Assembly: GCF_001677475.2 (NCBI RefSeq)
Contig: NZ_CP015229.1
From: Escherichia coli
GTDB taxonomy: Bacteria; Pseudomonadota; Gammaproteobacteria; Enterobacterales; Enterobacteriaceae
Direction: 5' to 3' (one strand)
DNA: 64,000 bases
Of this stretch, positions 15,001 to 21,469 are shown in pieces. The notes under the pieces were generated by a model. It saw nothing but the letters and a program-made list of their open reading frames with translations, was not told the DNA's origin and did not search any database. Positions within the stretch are counted from its first letter, which is position 1; every line of letters starts with the position of its first letter. Position numbers and translations under genes: made by a program.

Positions 15001-17724
15001 GACGACACTACGCCGTTGCTGAACGGCGTGCTCTCCGGCCCGCTTGCCAGCGGTGAAGTGGTTTACCTCTACCGTAACGGCCTGCTGTTAGGTGCGGTGA
15101 CGATGGTAGGCGCACTGAACTGGACCTACAGCGACAGCGGGCTGGTGAGCGGTGCCTACACCTACAGTGCGCGAGTGGTGGATCTGGCGGGGAATATCAC
15201 CTCCTCCAGTGATTTTGTCCTGACGGTCGATACCTCTATTCCAACCACGCTGGCGCAAATTACCAGCCAGACCACGCGCGATACCACGCCGATTATCAGC
15301 GGGGTGATCACGGCGGCACTCGCCAGCGGGCAGTATGTTGAAGTGGTGATCAACGGCAAAACTTACACTTCGCAGCCAGGCGGCGCGGTGGTGGTCGATC
15401 CGGCGCACAACACCTGGTATGTGCAACTGCCGGATACCGACACGCTGGCGGCGTCTGCGACCGCCTATAACGTCACCGCGCAGGTAAAAAGCTCGGCGGG
15501 CAACGGCAACACCGCCAACGTCAGCACTGGCACGGTAACGGTCAACGCGGCGATTGATTACACTCCGACCTGGACCACCGCCAGCAAATCTACCGCCTGG
15601 GGGCTGACCTACGGCCTCGACACGCACGGGATGTGGACGGTGCTGGCAAACCAGCAGGTAATGCAATCGACTGACCCACTCACCTGGTCGAAGACCGCGC
15701 TGACGCTGTATCAGAGCGGCAACAACTACGCCACCAGCTCCATCGCCGATTACGACCGTAACGGCACGGGCGATCTGTTTATCACCCGTGATGACTACGG
15801 TACAGGCTATATCAACGGCTTTACCAATAACGGCGACGGCACCTTTTCCAGCGCTATTCAGGTCACCGTCGGCACGCTGACGTGGTACGGCTCGATTGTG
15901 GCATTTGATAAAGAGGGCGACGGCTATCTCGACTTCTGGATTGGCGACGCGGGCGGGCCGGACTCTAACACCTTCTTGTGGAATAACGCAGGCACGCTGG
16001 TAGGCAACTCCACCACGTCGAACAGCGGCGGTAGCGCTACGGTGGGCGGGACGGTGACGGGGTATCTTTCGCTTAACGAAGGTTCCGGCGTCGATCTTAA
16101 TAATGACGGCAGGATTGACCTGGTTCAGCACACCTTCAACCTGAACAACTATTACACGCTGTCGTCGCTCATCAACCAGGGGAATGGCACGTTTGTCTGG
16201 GGGCAGAACACCATTAACACCTTCCTCAGCACGGCGGGCAGCGGTGGTAACTCGACGTCTGTCTCCATGACCTGGGCCGATTTCGATGGTGATGGCGATA
16301 TGGATCTCTTCCTGCCAGCCAGCCAGGGAAGAGCTAACTACGGCTCCCTGTTATTCAACACCAACGGCGTGCTGGGCAGTCCGGTGGCGGTGGGGGCTAC
16401 GGCAACCACCTACGCCAGCCAGTTTAGCGTGGCGGTGGACTGGAACCACGACGGCCTGATGGATATCGCCCGTATCGCCCAGACCGGACAATCGTATCTT
16501 TACACCAACGTTGGTGGTGCCAGCAACTGGACGCAATCAACCCTCGGCGGTAGCCAGAGCGGCACCACCAGTGGCGTGGCGGCAATGGACTACGACTGGG
16601 ACGGCGCGGTGGATGTACTGGTAACCAAACAGTCGGGCAGCGTGTTCCTGATCCGCAACACCAACACGGTGAGCTACGGCACTTCGCTGCACCTGCGCAT
16701 CACCGATCCCAACGGCATTAACGTCTATTACGGCAATACCGTGAAGCTGTACAACTCGGCGGGGGTGCTGGTCGCCACGCAAATCATTAACCCGCAGTCG
16801 GGGATGGGGGTTAACGATACCTCGGCGCTGGTCAACTTCTACGGGCTGAATGCCGGGGAAACCTACAACGCGGTGCTGATCAAATCCACCGGCACCACAG
16901 CCAGCAATATCGACCAGACGGTCAACACCAGCTGGGGCGGCTTACAGGCCACCGATGCCACCCACGCTTACGATCTCAGCGCCGAAGCGGGTACCGCGAG
17001 CAACAACGGCAAGTTCGTCGGCACCGGTTATAACGACACCTTCTTTGCCACCGCAGGCACCGATACCTACGACGGTTCCGGCGGCTGGGTGTACAGCTCC
17101 GGCACCGGAACGTGGCTTGCGAACGGCGGTATGGACGTGGTTGATTTCCGCCTCTCGACGGTGGGCGTGACCGCGAACTTAAGCAGCACCGCCGCGCAGG
17201 CTACTGGCTTTAACACCTCGACATTTACCAATATCGAAGGCATTTCCGGCTCGAATTTTAACGACACTCTGACCGGCAGCAGCGGCGATAACCAACTGGA
17301 AGGGCGCGGCGGCAACGACACCCTTAACATCGGAAACGGCGGTCACGATACCTTGCTCTATAAACTGCTCAACGCCAGTGACGCTACCGGCGGCAACGGC
17401 TCAGACGTGGTGAATGGCTTTACGGTAGGGACATGGGAAGGCACCGCCGACACCGATCGCATTGATATCCGCGAGTTGTTACAGGGCAGCGGCTACACCG
17501 GCAACGGCAAAGCCAGCTACGTCAACGGCGTGGCAACGCTGGATGCGCAGGCCGGGAACATCGGTGATTTTGTCAAAGTCACCCAGAGCGGCAGCGACAC
17601 CATCGTGCAGATCGACCGCGACGGCACGGGCGGCACTTTTGCGGCAACTAACGTGGTCACGCTGACGGGCGTGCATACCGACCTCGCCACTTTGCTGGCG
17701 AATCATCAGTTGATGGTGGTGTAG
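1..17724 (+). CDS. Giant type I-secreted Ig-like repeat adhesin (SiiE/BapA/LapA-like), 5'-partial; at least 5907 aa in window
   Basis: Frame 1 is open from base 1 to TAG at 17722-17724, so the true start is upstream. About 100-aa Ig-like repeats with recurring xDDxINAxExG motifs; C-terminal FG-GAP/VCBS-like D-x-D-G-D repeats, RTX-type glycine-rich nonapeptides (GRGGNDTLN, GNGGHDTLL) and a D-V-V-N-G-F ... D-R-I-D-I tail typical of T1SS C-terminal secretion domains; T1SS ABC and MFP genes follow immediately. Confidence 0.9.
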   Translation, partial: TTVQAGLSWSVSVPEADIQALGNGDLTVNASVTNQNGNTGSGTRDITIDANLPGLRVDTVAGDDVVNIIEHGQALVITGSSSGLAEGTPLTVTINNVEYTTAVQADGSWSVGVTAAQVSTWPAGTVNIAVSGESSAGNSVSITHPVTVDLTPAAITINTIATDDVINAAEKGANLTLSGTTTNVEPGQTVTVTFGGKNYTASVASDGSWTATVPAADLAALPEGSASAQASVSNINGNSASAVHNYSVDSSAPTIIINTVASDNIVNASEADAGVTVSGSTTAEAGQIVTVTLNSPTVQTYQATVQADGSWSINIPAADLEALTDGSHTLTATVNDKAGNPASTTHNLAVDLTVPVLTINTIAGDDIINAAEHGQALVISGSSTGGEAGDVVTVTLNSKTYTTTLDASGNWSVGVPAADVTALGSGPQTVTATVTDAAGNNDSETHTVTVNLTAPTIGINTIATDDIINATEKGLDLQITGTSNQPAGTTITVTLNGQNYTATTDAAGNWSTTVPASAVGALGEASYTVTANVTDSAGNSNSASHNVQVNTALPGVTINPVASDDIINAAESGVAQTISGQVTGAAAGDTVTVTLGGKTYTATVQGNLSWSVDVPAADIQAIGNGDLTVNASVTNGVGNTGSGSRDITIDANLPGLRVDTVAGDDVVNSIEHGQALVITGSSNGLAAGAALTVVINNVTYGATVLADGTWSVGVPATNVGNWPAGTVNITVSGATSAGNPVTITHPVTVDLAAVAISINTVSGDDVINAAEKGADLTLSGSTSGVEAGQTVTVTFGGKTYTATVAGDGSWTTSVPAADLAALRDGDATVQASVSTINGNTASATHAYSVDATAPTLAINTIATDDILNAAEAGNPLTISGSSTAEAGQTVTVTLNGVTYSGTVQADGSWSVSVPTADLSNLTASQYTVSASVNDKAGNPASTTHGLAVDLTVPVLTINTVSGDDIINAAEHGQALVISGSSTGGEAGDVITVTLNSKTYTTTLDASGNWSVGVPLSDVTALGSGPHTITAAITDAAGNSDDASRTVTVNLTAPTIGINTIATDDVINATEKGADLQITGTSNQPAGTTITVTLNGQNYTATTDASGNWNATVPASAVSALGEANYTVTANVTDTAGNSNSASHNVLVNSALPAVTINAVATDDIINDAESGNAQTISGQVTGAAAGDTVTITLGGNTYTATVQANLSWSVSVPAADIQAIGNGSLTVNASVTNVVGNTGNGSRDITIDANLPGLRVDTVAGDDVINSIEHNQALVITGSSSGLTVGTALTVVINNVTYGATVLADGTWNLGVPAADVSNWPAGTVDIMVSGTNSAGTTSTITHPVTVDLAAVAITINTLSGDDVINAVEKGETLVVSGSTSGVEAGQTVTVTFGGKNYTTTVEANGSWTVNVPPADLAALPDGAGNVQASVSNINGNNAQADRAYSVDATAPLVTINTIASDDTLNVSEAGAGITISGTTTAQAGQTLTVTLNNNTYQTTVLADGTWSVNVPASDLSGLTASSYTVTATVSDKAGNPASADHALAVDVTAPDLTINTVAGDDIINAIEHGQALVVSGTSTGAAAGDVVTVNLNGKNYTTTLDASGNWSVGIPAADVTALATGSQTITASLSDRAGNSDSTTHDVIVDLSGPTLTINTVSGDDIINNTEKTQDLTISGGSSGLATGTTVTVMLNGLAYSATTDGSGNWSITVPASAVGALGEAVYSISASATDSAGNNGSTTHTVNVESLLPGVIINTVAGDDIINAAEIVVAQTISGQVTGTAVAGNTVIVTIGGNQYTATVQPDLSWSVSVPANVLQALGNGELTISASVTNGVGNTGTATHDIVIDANLPGLRVDTVAGDDVINSIEHTQALVVTGSSTGLAAGAALTVVINSVTYGATVLADGTWSVGVPAADVTNWPAGTVNIAVSGTNTAGTTTSITHPVTVDLAAVAITINTLSTDDVINAAEKGSDLQLSGTTSDVEAGQTITVIFGGKSYTTTVATGGTWGLTIPAADLATLPDGAANVQASVSSVAGNIAQATHVYSVDATAPSVTINTIASDDILNAAEAGSALTISGTSTAEAGQTVTVTLNGVNYSGNVQADGSWSVSVPTGDLANLTASPYTVSAAVSDKAGNPASATHNLTVDLAAPVVTINTVAGDDIINATEHGQAQIISGSATGATTGNTVSVTIGTTTYTTVLDANGNWSIGVPASVISALAQGDVTITATVTDSAGNSGTASHTVTVALGAPILSINTIAVDDIINATEKGADLAISGTSDQPAGTQVTVTLNGQNYTTTADASGNWSVTVPASRVSALGEASYTVTASATDTDGNSGSASHNVQVNTALPGVTISVVATDDIINAAEAGADQTISGQVTGAAAGDTVTVTLGGATYTATVQANFSWSVNVPASALQALGNGELTISASVTNSVGNTGNGTREITIDANLPGLRVDTVAGDDVVNIIEHGQALVITGSSSDLAAGSNVTLTINGQTYVAAVLADGSWSVGVPAADVSAWPAGTVTITASGNTTAGNPVSVTHPVTVDLTAVAVSINAITADDVINAAEKGAALTLSGSTSGVEAGQGVTVTFGGKTYTASVAANGYWSTTVPAADMAALRDGDASAQASVSNVNGNSATTTHAYSVDASAPTVTINTIAGDDILNAAEAGSALTITGSSTAEAGQTVTVTLNGENYTGTVQTDGSWSVSVPPADLSALTASNYTVNAAVSDKAGNPASVNHNLTVDTSVPVVTINTVAGDDVINATEHAQAQIISGSATGAATGSAVTVTIGTNTFTTVLDASGNWSVGVPASVVSALANGTVTINASVTDAAGNSGSATHQVTVNTGLPSITFNAISGDNVLNADEKGQPLTISGSSTGLATGAQVTVTLNGHNYSATTDAAGNWTLTVPVSDLAALGQANYTVSASATSAAGNTASSQANLLVDSGLPGVTINTVAGDDIINAAEAGADQTISGVVTRAAAGDTVTVTLGGNTYTTTVQGNLSWSISVPAADLQALGNGDLTINASVTNANGNTGSGTRDITIDANLPGLRVDTVAGDDIVNSIEHGQALVITGGSSGLNAGVPLTITINGTVYSATVQADGSWSVGIPAANVSAWPAGALTIDVTGQSSAGNSVSVSHPFTVDLTAVAISINTIASDDVINAAEKGTGLTLSGSTSGIESGQTVTVTFGGKTYTASVAANGSWSVTVPAADLATLPDGAANVQASVSSASGNSASATHAYSVDASVPTLTINTIASDDILNATEAGSPLTISGTSTAETGQTVTVTLNGAIYTGTVQADGSWSVSVPTSALGALSASNYTVSATVNDKAGNPGSASHNLAVDTTAPVLTINTVAGDDIINDAEHAQALVISGTSTGGEAGDVVSVVLNGKTYTTTLDASGNWSVGVPAADVAALGSGAQTITASVSDRAGNSDDASRTVTVSLSAPVISINTIAGDDVINATEKGSDLALSGTSDQPAGTAITVTLNGQNYSATTDASGNWSVTVPASAVSALGEATYSVTASVTNAQGNSSTASHNVQVNTALPGVTINPVATDDIINAAEAGSAQTLSGQVTGAAAGSTVTVELGGKTYTATVQADLSWNVSVPASDWQALGNGELTVNASVTNAVGNTGSGTRDITIDASLPGLRVDTVAGDDVVNIIEHSQAQVITGSSSGFAAGTALTVVINNQTYAATVLANGSWSVGVPATDVSNWPAGTLNITVSGANSAGTQTSITHPLTVDLTTVAISINAITPDDVINAAEKGAALTLSGSTSGVEAGQTVTITFGGKTYTTTVAANGSWSTTVPAADLAALRDGDASAQVRVTNVNGNSATATHEYSVDSAVPTVTINTIASDNIINASEAAAGVTVSGTSTAETGQTLTVTLNGTNYQTTVQADGSWSLTLPASDLTVLANNGYTLTATVSDQAGNPGSASKGVTVDTTAPVISFNTVAGDDVINNVEHTQAQIISGTATGAVAGDRLVVTIAGQQYVTSTDASGNWSVGVPASVISGLADGTVTISATVTDSAGNSSTQTHNVQVNTAAVSLSVSTISGDNLINAAEAGSALTLSGTGTNFATGTVVTVLLNGKGYSATIQSNGSWSVNVPAADVAALADGTSYTVSASAQDSAGNSATASRSVAVDLTAPVININTVSTDDRLNAAEQQQPLTLNGSTSAEVGQTVTVTFGGKTYTATVAANGTWALNVPAADLAALGQGAQTITASVNDRAGNPGQTTHALTVDTVAPTVTIATVAGDDIINNVEQLAGQIISGTTTAEVGQTVTVTFNGQSWTATVGSGGSWSVFIPAQQFAGLSDGSYTISASVSDQAGNPGSASRGVTLNGDVPTVTINTFAGDDVVNAAEHGSSLVISGTTTAPVGQTLTLTLNGKTYTTTVQTGGSWSYTLGSADVTALADGNAYVINASVSNAIGNTGSSNHTITVDLSAPAMGINIDSLQADTGLSASDFITSVSPVVVNGSLTAALASNETAQISIDGGVTWTTLTVTGTTWRYNDSRTLTDGNYLYQVRVIDAAGNVGATDSQNVVIDTTAPDPAVKTIAISAITTDTGLITNDFVTSDTTLAVSGTLGAALSAGEFAQISIDGGTTWQNLSVSGLTWTYLDGRTLSDGNYNYQVRVIDTAGNIGATASQIVTVDTTAPLASKTIVIAGISDDTGLSSSDFVTRDTTLTVRGTLGATLAADERAQISLDGGVTWTTLTVIGTSWSYADGRTLTDGTWNYTVRVVDLAGNIGQTATQNVVVDTTSPEAAKSITITGISDDTGASSSDFITSDTTLTVRGVLGAALGANEFAQISTDNGATWVNVTVAADGLNWSYVDGRTLTNGTTTWQVRVVDLAGNVGATGSQSAQIDTVNPAQVLTIASISTDTGSSATDFITSDTTLTLTGSLGAGLASGEVAQISLDGGATWITLTTNGTQWTYTDGRTLTDGSYVYQVRVLDQAGNIGPVVSKTVVVDTINPTATPTIVSYTDDVGQRQGTLSSSQATDDTTPLLNGVLSGPLASGEVVYLYRNGLLLGAVTMVGALNWTYSDSGLVSGAYTYSARVVDLAGNITSSSDFVLTVDTSIPTTLAQITSQTTRDTTPIISGVITAALASGQYVEVVINGKTYTSQPGGAVVVDPAHNTWYVQLPDTDTLAASATAYNVTAQVKSSAGNGNTANVSTGTVTVNAAIDYTPTWTTASKSTAWGLTYGLDTHGMWTVLANQQVMQSTDPLTWSKTALTLYQSGNNYATSSIADYDRNGTGDLFITRDDYGTGYINGFTNNGDGTFSSAIQVTVGTLTWYGSIVAFDKEGDGYLDFWIGDAGGPDSNTFLWNNAGTLVGNSTTSNSGGSATVGGTVTGYLSLNEGSGVDLNNDGRIDLVQHTFNLNNYYTLSSLINQGNGTFVWGQNTINTFLSTAGSGGNSTSVSMTWADFDGDGDMDLFLPASQGRANYGSLLFNTNGVLGSPVAVGATATTYASQFSVAVDWNHDGLMDIARIAQTGQSYLYTNVGGASNWTQSTLGGSQSGTTSGVAAMDYDWDGAVDVLVTKQSGSVFLIRNTNTVSYGTSLHLRITDPNGINVYYGNTVKLYNSAGVLVATQIINPQSGMGVNDTSALVNFYGLNAGETYNAVLIKSTGTTASNIDQTVNTSWGGLQATDATHAYDLSAEAGTASNNGKFVGTGYNDTFFATAGTDTYDGSGGWVYSSGTGTWLANGGMDVVDFRLSTVGVTANLSSTAAQATGFNTSTFTNIEGISGSNFNDTLTGSSGDNQLEGRGGNDTLNIGNGGHDTLLYKLLNASDATGGNGSDVVNGFTVGTWEGTADTDRIDIRELLQGSGYTGNGKASYVNGVATLDAQAGNIGDFVKVTQSGSDTIVQIDRDGTGGTFAATNVVTLTGVHTDLATLLANHQLMVV
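16..12600 (+). repeat. Tandem ~1.8 kb super-repeats (six Ig-like domains per unit) inside the adhesin gene, about 7 units in window
   Basis: The motif GLSWSVSVP...IQALGNG...LPGLRVDTVAGDDVVN recurs at nt ~19, 1820, 3614, 5414, 7208, 9003 and 10798 with high but imperfect nucleotide identity. Confidence 0.85.
13320..14900 (+). repeat. Second repeat class in the adhesin: ~105-aa domains (DTGxSxSDFxTSD...AQISxDGGxTW...YQVRVxDxAGN), 5 canonical copies plus 2 divergent ones up to ~15300
   Basis: Copies start near 13330, 13640, 13965, 14285 and 14600, period ~320 bp. Confidence 0.8.
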
Positions 17725-17727
17725 AGA

Positions 17728-19890
17728 ATGAAAAAAAATGCCCAGTCCGTGGAAGCCTGGCTGGAGGCGATGATCGCCGTGGCGCGTTATTACCGCCTTG
17801 ATTTTTCTCAGGAGAACGTGCGCGCAACCGTCAACTGGGAGCGCGACAGTAAGCGGGAAGAGTTGCTCACCGATATGGCGCGGCAACTGGGAATGGGGTT
17901 ACGGCTGGTGGAGTTTTCCGCCGATTCGCTTAACCCGTGGCGACTGCCGTTGATCGCCGTGTTTGATAATCAGCAGATTGGCGTGATCACCCGCCGCGAT
18001 AACCACGACAATATCAGCGTTCAGTTCAGCGGTGACGAAGGGCTGGAAACCACGCTTAACGTCGCGGATATTGAAGATAAAATCGTCGAACTGGCGCTAC
18101 TGCGCCCGCTCAGCGCCATCCCCGACGCGCGCGTGGATGACTATATTCGCCCGTATCAGGCGAACTGGTTCTGGAATCTGTCGCTGAAAGACTGGCGGCG
18201 CTATGGCGACATTATGCTGGCCTCGCTGGTGGCGAACGTGCTGGCGCTGGCGGCGATGATTTTCTCGATGCAGGTTTACGACCGCGTCGTTCCGGCGCAG
18301 TCGTACCCGACGCTATGGGTGCTGTTCGCCGGGGTGATGATGGCGATCCTGTTTGAGTTCTGTATGCGCATGGTGCGCACGCACCTTTCCGATGTGATCG
18401 GCAAGCGGGCGGATCTGCGCATTTCGGATCGCGTTTTTGGTCATGCGCTACGGCTGAAAAACAACGTGCGATCGAAATCCACCGGATCGTTTATCTCGCA
18501 GATCCGCGAGCTGGAATCGGTGCGGGAGCTTATTACTTCCACCACCATCGGCGCGGTGGCGGATCTGCCGTTCTTCCTGCTGTTTGTCTTTATTTTGTGG
18601 ATGATCGGCGGCTGGCTGGTGCTGGTTGTTTTGCTGGCGCTGCCGTTATTAGTGATCCCCGGCCTGCTGGTGCAACGCCCGCTGGCGCGGCTGGCGAACG
18701 AAGGAATGCGTGAGTCGGCGGTACGTAACGCGACGCTGGTGGAAGCCGTGCAGTCGATTGAAGACATTAAACTGCTGCGCGCTGAACAGCGTTTTCAGAA
18801 TCAGTGGAATCACACTAACGACGTGGCCTCGTCCATCAGCATGAAGCAACGTTTTCTCACCGGGCTACTGCTCACCTGGACCCAGGAAGTGCAATCCATC
18901 GTCTACGTGGTGGTGCTGTTGGTGGGCTGCTTTATGGTGATGAACGGCGACATGACCACCGGTGCGCTGGTCGGGACGACGATCCTGGCTTCGCGCACCA
19001 TCGCGCCGCTGTCGCAGATATCCGGCGTGCTCTCGCGCTGGCAGCAGGCGAAAGTGGCGCGTAACGGCCTCGATGAACTGATGAAGCGCCCGGTGGATCA
19101 ACCGGAACACGGCAAACTGGTGCATAAAGCAGTGCTGCACGGCAATTATCAGTTCAGCAACGCGGTGTTTTATTACGACGAAGAAGAGAAGATTGCCGAT
19201 GTGGCGATTGGCAAACTTAACATTCAGGCGGGTGAGAAAATCGCCATTCTTGGGCGCAACGGCGCGGGTAAATCGACGCTACTGCAAATGCTCGCCGGAA
19301 TGCGTATCGCCCAGCAGGGGCAGGTGCTGCTGGATAACATCAGCATCGGGCAGCTTGATCCGGCGGATCTGCGCCGCGACATGGGGCTGCTCAGCCAGAC
19401 CGGGCGACTGTTCTTCGGTTCGCTGCGGGAAAACCTCACTATGGGGATGCCGGAAGCCAGCGATGAAGATATCGAACGCGCATTAATCCTCAGCGGGGCG
19501 CTGCCCTTTGTGCAGAAGCAGAAAAACGGCCTCAACTACATGATTCAGGAAGGGGGATTTGGTCTTTCTGGCGGTCAGCGGCAAACGCTGCTGCTGGCGC
19601 GGCTACTTATCTCTCAACCCAATATCGTGCTGCTCGATGAACCCAGCGCCTCGCTGGATGAAATGGCAGAAGCGTATTTAATTGAACAACTAAAACAATG
19701 GGTTGGGCATCGCACGCTGGTCATCGCTACTCACCGCACGGCGATGCTGCAACTGGTGGACAGGATCATCGTGATGGATCAGGGGCGGATTGTGATGGAT
19801 GGCGCGAAAGAGGCCATTTTGCGTGAACAGGGCGAACCCACGACGCGACGGGTGGTGTTGCAGGAGAAGAATAAGGGGTCTGCCGCATGA
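17728..19890 (+). CDS. Type I secretion system ABC transporter, HlyB/LapB-like (ATPase plus permease, N-terminal C39-like domain)
   Basis: 720 aa; Walker A GRNGAGKST, ABC signature LSGGQRQ, Walker B LLDEPSASLD, hydrophobic TM segments in the middle. ATG lies 3 nt after the adhesin stop. Confidence 0.9.
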   Translation: MKKNAQSVEAWLEAMIAVARYYRLDFSQENVRATVNWERDSKREELLTDMARQLGMGLRLVEFSADSLNPWRLPLIAVFDNQQIGVITRRDNHDNISVQFSGDEGLETTLNVADIEDKIVELALLRPLSAIPDARVDDYIRPYQANWFWNLSLKDWRRYGDIMLASLVANVLALAAMIFSMQVYDRVVPAQSYPTLWVLFAGVMMAILFEFCMRMVRTHLSDVIGKRADLRISDRVFGHALRLKNNVRSKSTGSFISQIRELESVRELITSTTIGAVADLPFFLLFVFILWMIGGWLVLVVLLALPLLVIPGLLVQRPLARLANEGMRESAVRNATLVEAVQSIEDIKLLRAEQRFQNQWNHTNDVASSISMKQRFLTGLLLTWTQEVQSIVYVVVLLVGCFMVMNGDMTTGALVGTTILASRTIAPLSQISGVLSRWQQAKVARNGLDELMKRPVDQPEHGKLVHKAVLHGNYQFSNAVFYYDEEEKIADVAIGKLNIQAGEKIAILGRNGAGKSTLLQMLAGMRIAQQGQVLLDNISIGQLDPADLRRDMGLLSQTGRLFFGSLRENLTMGMPEASDEDIERALILSGALPFVQKQKNGLNYMIQEGGFGLSGGQRQTLLLARLLISQPNIVLLDEPSASLDEMAEAYLIEQLKQWVGHRTLVIATHRTAMLQLVDRIIVMDQGRIVMDGAKEAILREQGEPTTRRVVLQEKNKGSAA

Positions 19891-21062
19891 ATGGACAACT
19901 GCAATACAACCGTGGCCTGACTGAACCCCGCCTGCCGCGTTCGGCGCTGGCGGTACGCGTTACCGCTGTGATGCTGCTCTGTTTTCTCGGCTGGGCGTGG
20001 TACTTCCAGCTTGATGAAGTCACCACCGGCAGCGGCACGGTAGAACCTTCCGGGCGCGAACAGGTGGTGCAGTCGCTGGAAGGCGGAATTCTGTATCATC
20101 TCGACGTCAAGGTTGGCGATATTGTTGAACAGGGCCAGCCGCTGGCGCAGCTTAACCGCACCAAAACGGAATCCGACGTCCAGGAAGCAATGTCGCGGCT
20201 GTACGCGGCGCTGGCAACCTCGGCGCGGCTGCGGGCGGAAGTGAGTAATAAACCGCTGGTCTTCCCTGACGAACTGAATAAATTCCCCGAACTTATCGAG
20301 TCGGAAACGGCGTTGTACAACACTCGCCGCGATGGGCTGAACAAAGCCACCACCGGGCTGACGCAGGGGATTAGCCTGGTCAACCGCGAACTGGCGATGA
20401 CCCAGCCGCTGGTAAAACAGGGGGCGGCGAGCAGCGTCGAAGTGCTGCGCCTGCAACGCCAGGCCAATGAACTGGAAAACAAACTTAGCGACGTACGTAC
20501 GCAATATTACGTTCAGGCGCGCGAAGAGTTAGCGAAAGCCAATGCGGAAGTGGAAACCCAGCGTTCGGTGATCCGTGGACGGGAAGACTCCCTCACCAGG
20601 CTCAACTTTACTGCGCCAGTTCGTGGCATTGTTCAGGATATTGATGTCACCACAGTTGGCGGCGTCATTGCCCCCGGTGGTAAACTGATGACCATCGTGC
20701 CGCTGGATGAGCAACTGCTGATTGAGGCAAAAATCTCCCCGCGCGATGTGGCGTTTATCCATCCGGGGCAAAAATCGCTGGTGAAAATAACCGCTTACGA
20801 TTACTCCATTTATGGCGGTCTGCCGGGAGAAGTGGCGGTGATTTCACCAGATACCGTGCAGGATGAAGTGCGGCGCGATGTTTATTACTATCGGGTGTAC
20901 ATTCGCACTTTCAGCAACCATCTGGAAAACAAAAGCAAACAGCAGTTTCCGATATTTCCCGGTATGGTGGCGACGGTCGATATCCGCACCGGCAAAAAGA
21001 GCGTGCTGGATTATCTGTTGAAACCCTTTAATAAAGCACAGGAGGCGTTGCGCGAACGATGA
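19887..21062 (+). CDS. Type I secretion membrane fusion protein (HlyD family periplasmic adaptor)
   Basis: 391 aa; N-terminal TM segment, long coiled-coil region, C-terminal beta domain; 4-bp ATGA overlap with the ABC gene stop. Confidence 0.85.
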   Translation: MNGQLQYNRGLTEPRLPRSALAVRVTAVMLLCFLGWAWYFQLDEVTTGSGTVEPSGREQVVQSLEGGILYHLDVKVGDIVEQGQPLAQLNRTKTESDVQEAMSRLYAALATSARLRAEVSNKPLVFPDELNKFPELIESETALYNTRRDGLNKATTGLTQGISLVNRELAMTQPLVKQGAASSVEVLRLQRQANELENKLSDVRTQYYVQAREELAKANAEVETQRSVIRGREDSLTRLNFTAPVRGIVQDIDVTTVGGVIAPGGKLMTIVPLDEQLLIEAKISPRDVAFIHPGQKSLVKITAYDYSIYGGLPGEVAVISPDTVQDEVRRDVYYYRVYIRTFSNHLENKSKQQFPIFPGMVATVDIRTGKKSVLDYLLKPFNKAQEALRER

Positions 21063-21466
21063 ACATTAGCGATGTAGCAAAAATTACCGGCCTGACCAGC
21101 AAAGCAATCCGCTTCTATGAAGAGAAGGGGCTGGTGACGCCGCCGATGCGCAGCGAAAATGGTTATCGCACCTACACGCAGCAGCATCTCAACGAACTGA
21201 CCTTACTGCGCCAGGCGCGCCAGGTGGGCTTTAACCTGGAAGAGAGCGGCGAACTGGTGAATCTGTTTAACGACCCGCAGCGCCACAGTGCTGATGTAAA
21301 ACGGCGCACGCTGGAGAAGGTGGCGGAGATCGAGCGACATATCGAAGAACTGCAATCCATGCGCAACCAGCTGTTGGCGCTGGCGAATGCCTGCCCTGGC
21401 GATGACAGCGCCGACTGCCCGATTATCGAAAATCTCTCCGGCTGCTGTCATCATCGGGCGGGGTGA
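21059..21466 (+). CDS. cueR: Copper-responsive MerR-family regulator CueR
   Basis: 135 aa; N-terminal MerR HTH ([25 protein letters not shown]) and C-terminal CxxxxxxxxC metal site ([10 protein letters not shown]); matches E. coli CueR as I recall it. ATG overlaps the HlyD-like stop (ATGA). Confidence 0.93.
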   Translation: MNISDVAKITGLTSKAIRFYEEKGLVTPPMRSENGYRTYTQQHLNELTLLRQARQVGFNLEESGELVNLFNDPQRHSADVKRRTLEKVAEIERHIEELQSMRNQLLALANACPGDDSADCPIIENLSGCCHHRAG

Positions 21467-21469
21467 AAA

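Noticed and set aside
102-17886. Dozens of 60-350-aa ORFs in the track on the minus strand and in alternative plus frames across the adhesin gene (for example 15088..16131, 347 aa)
   Set aside because: They sit wholly inside the long GC-rich repetitive adhesin ORF, are Arg/Ala/Gly-rich as expected of antisense readings of GC-rich coding DNA, and have no independent start or SD context.
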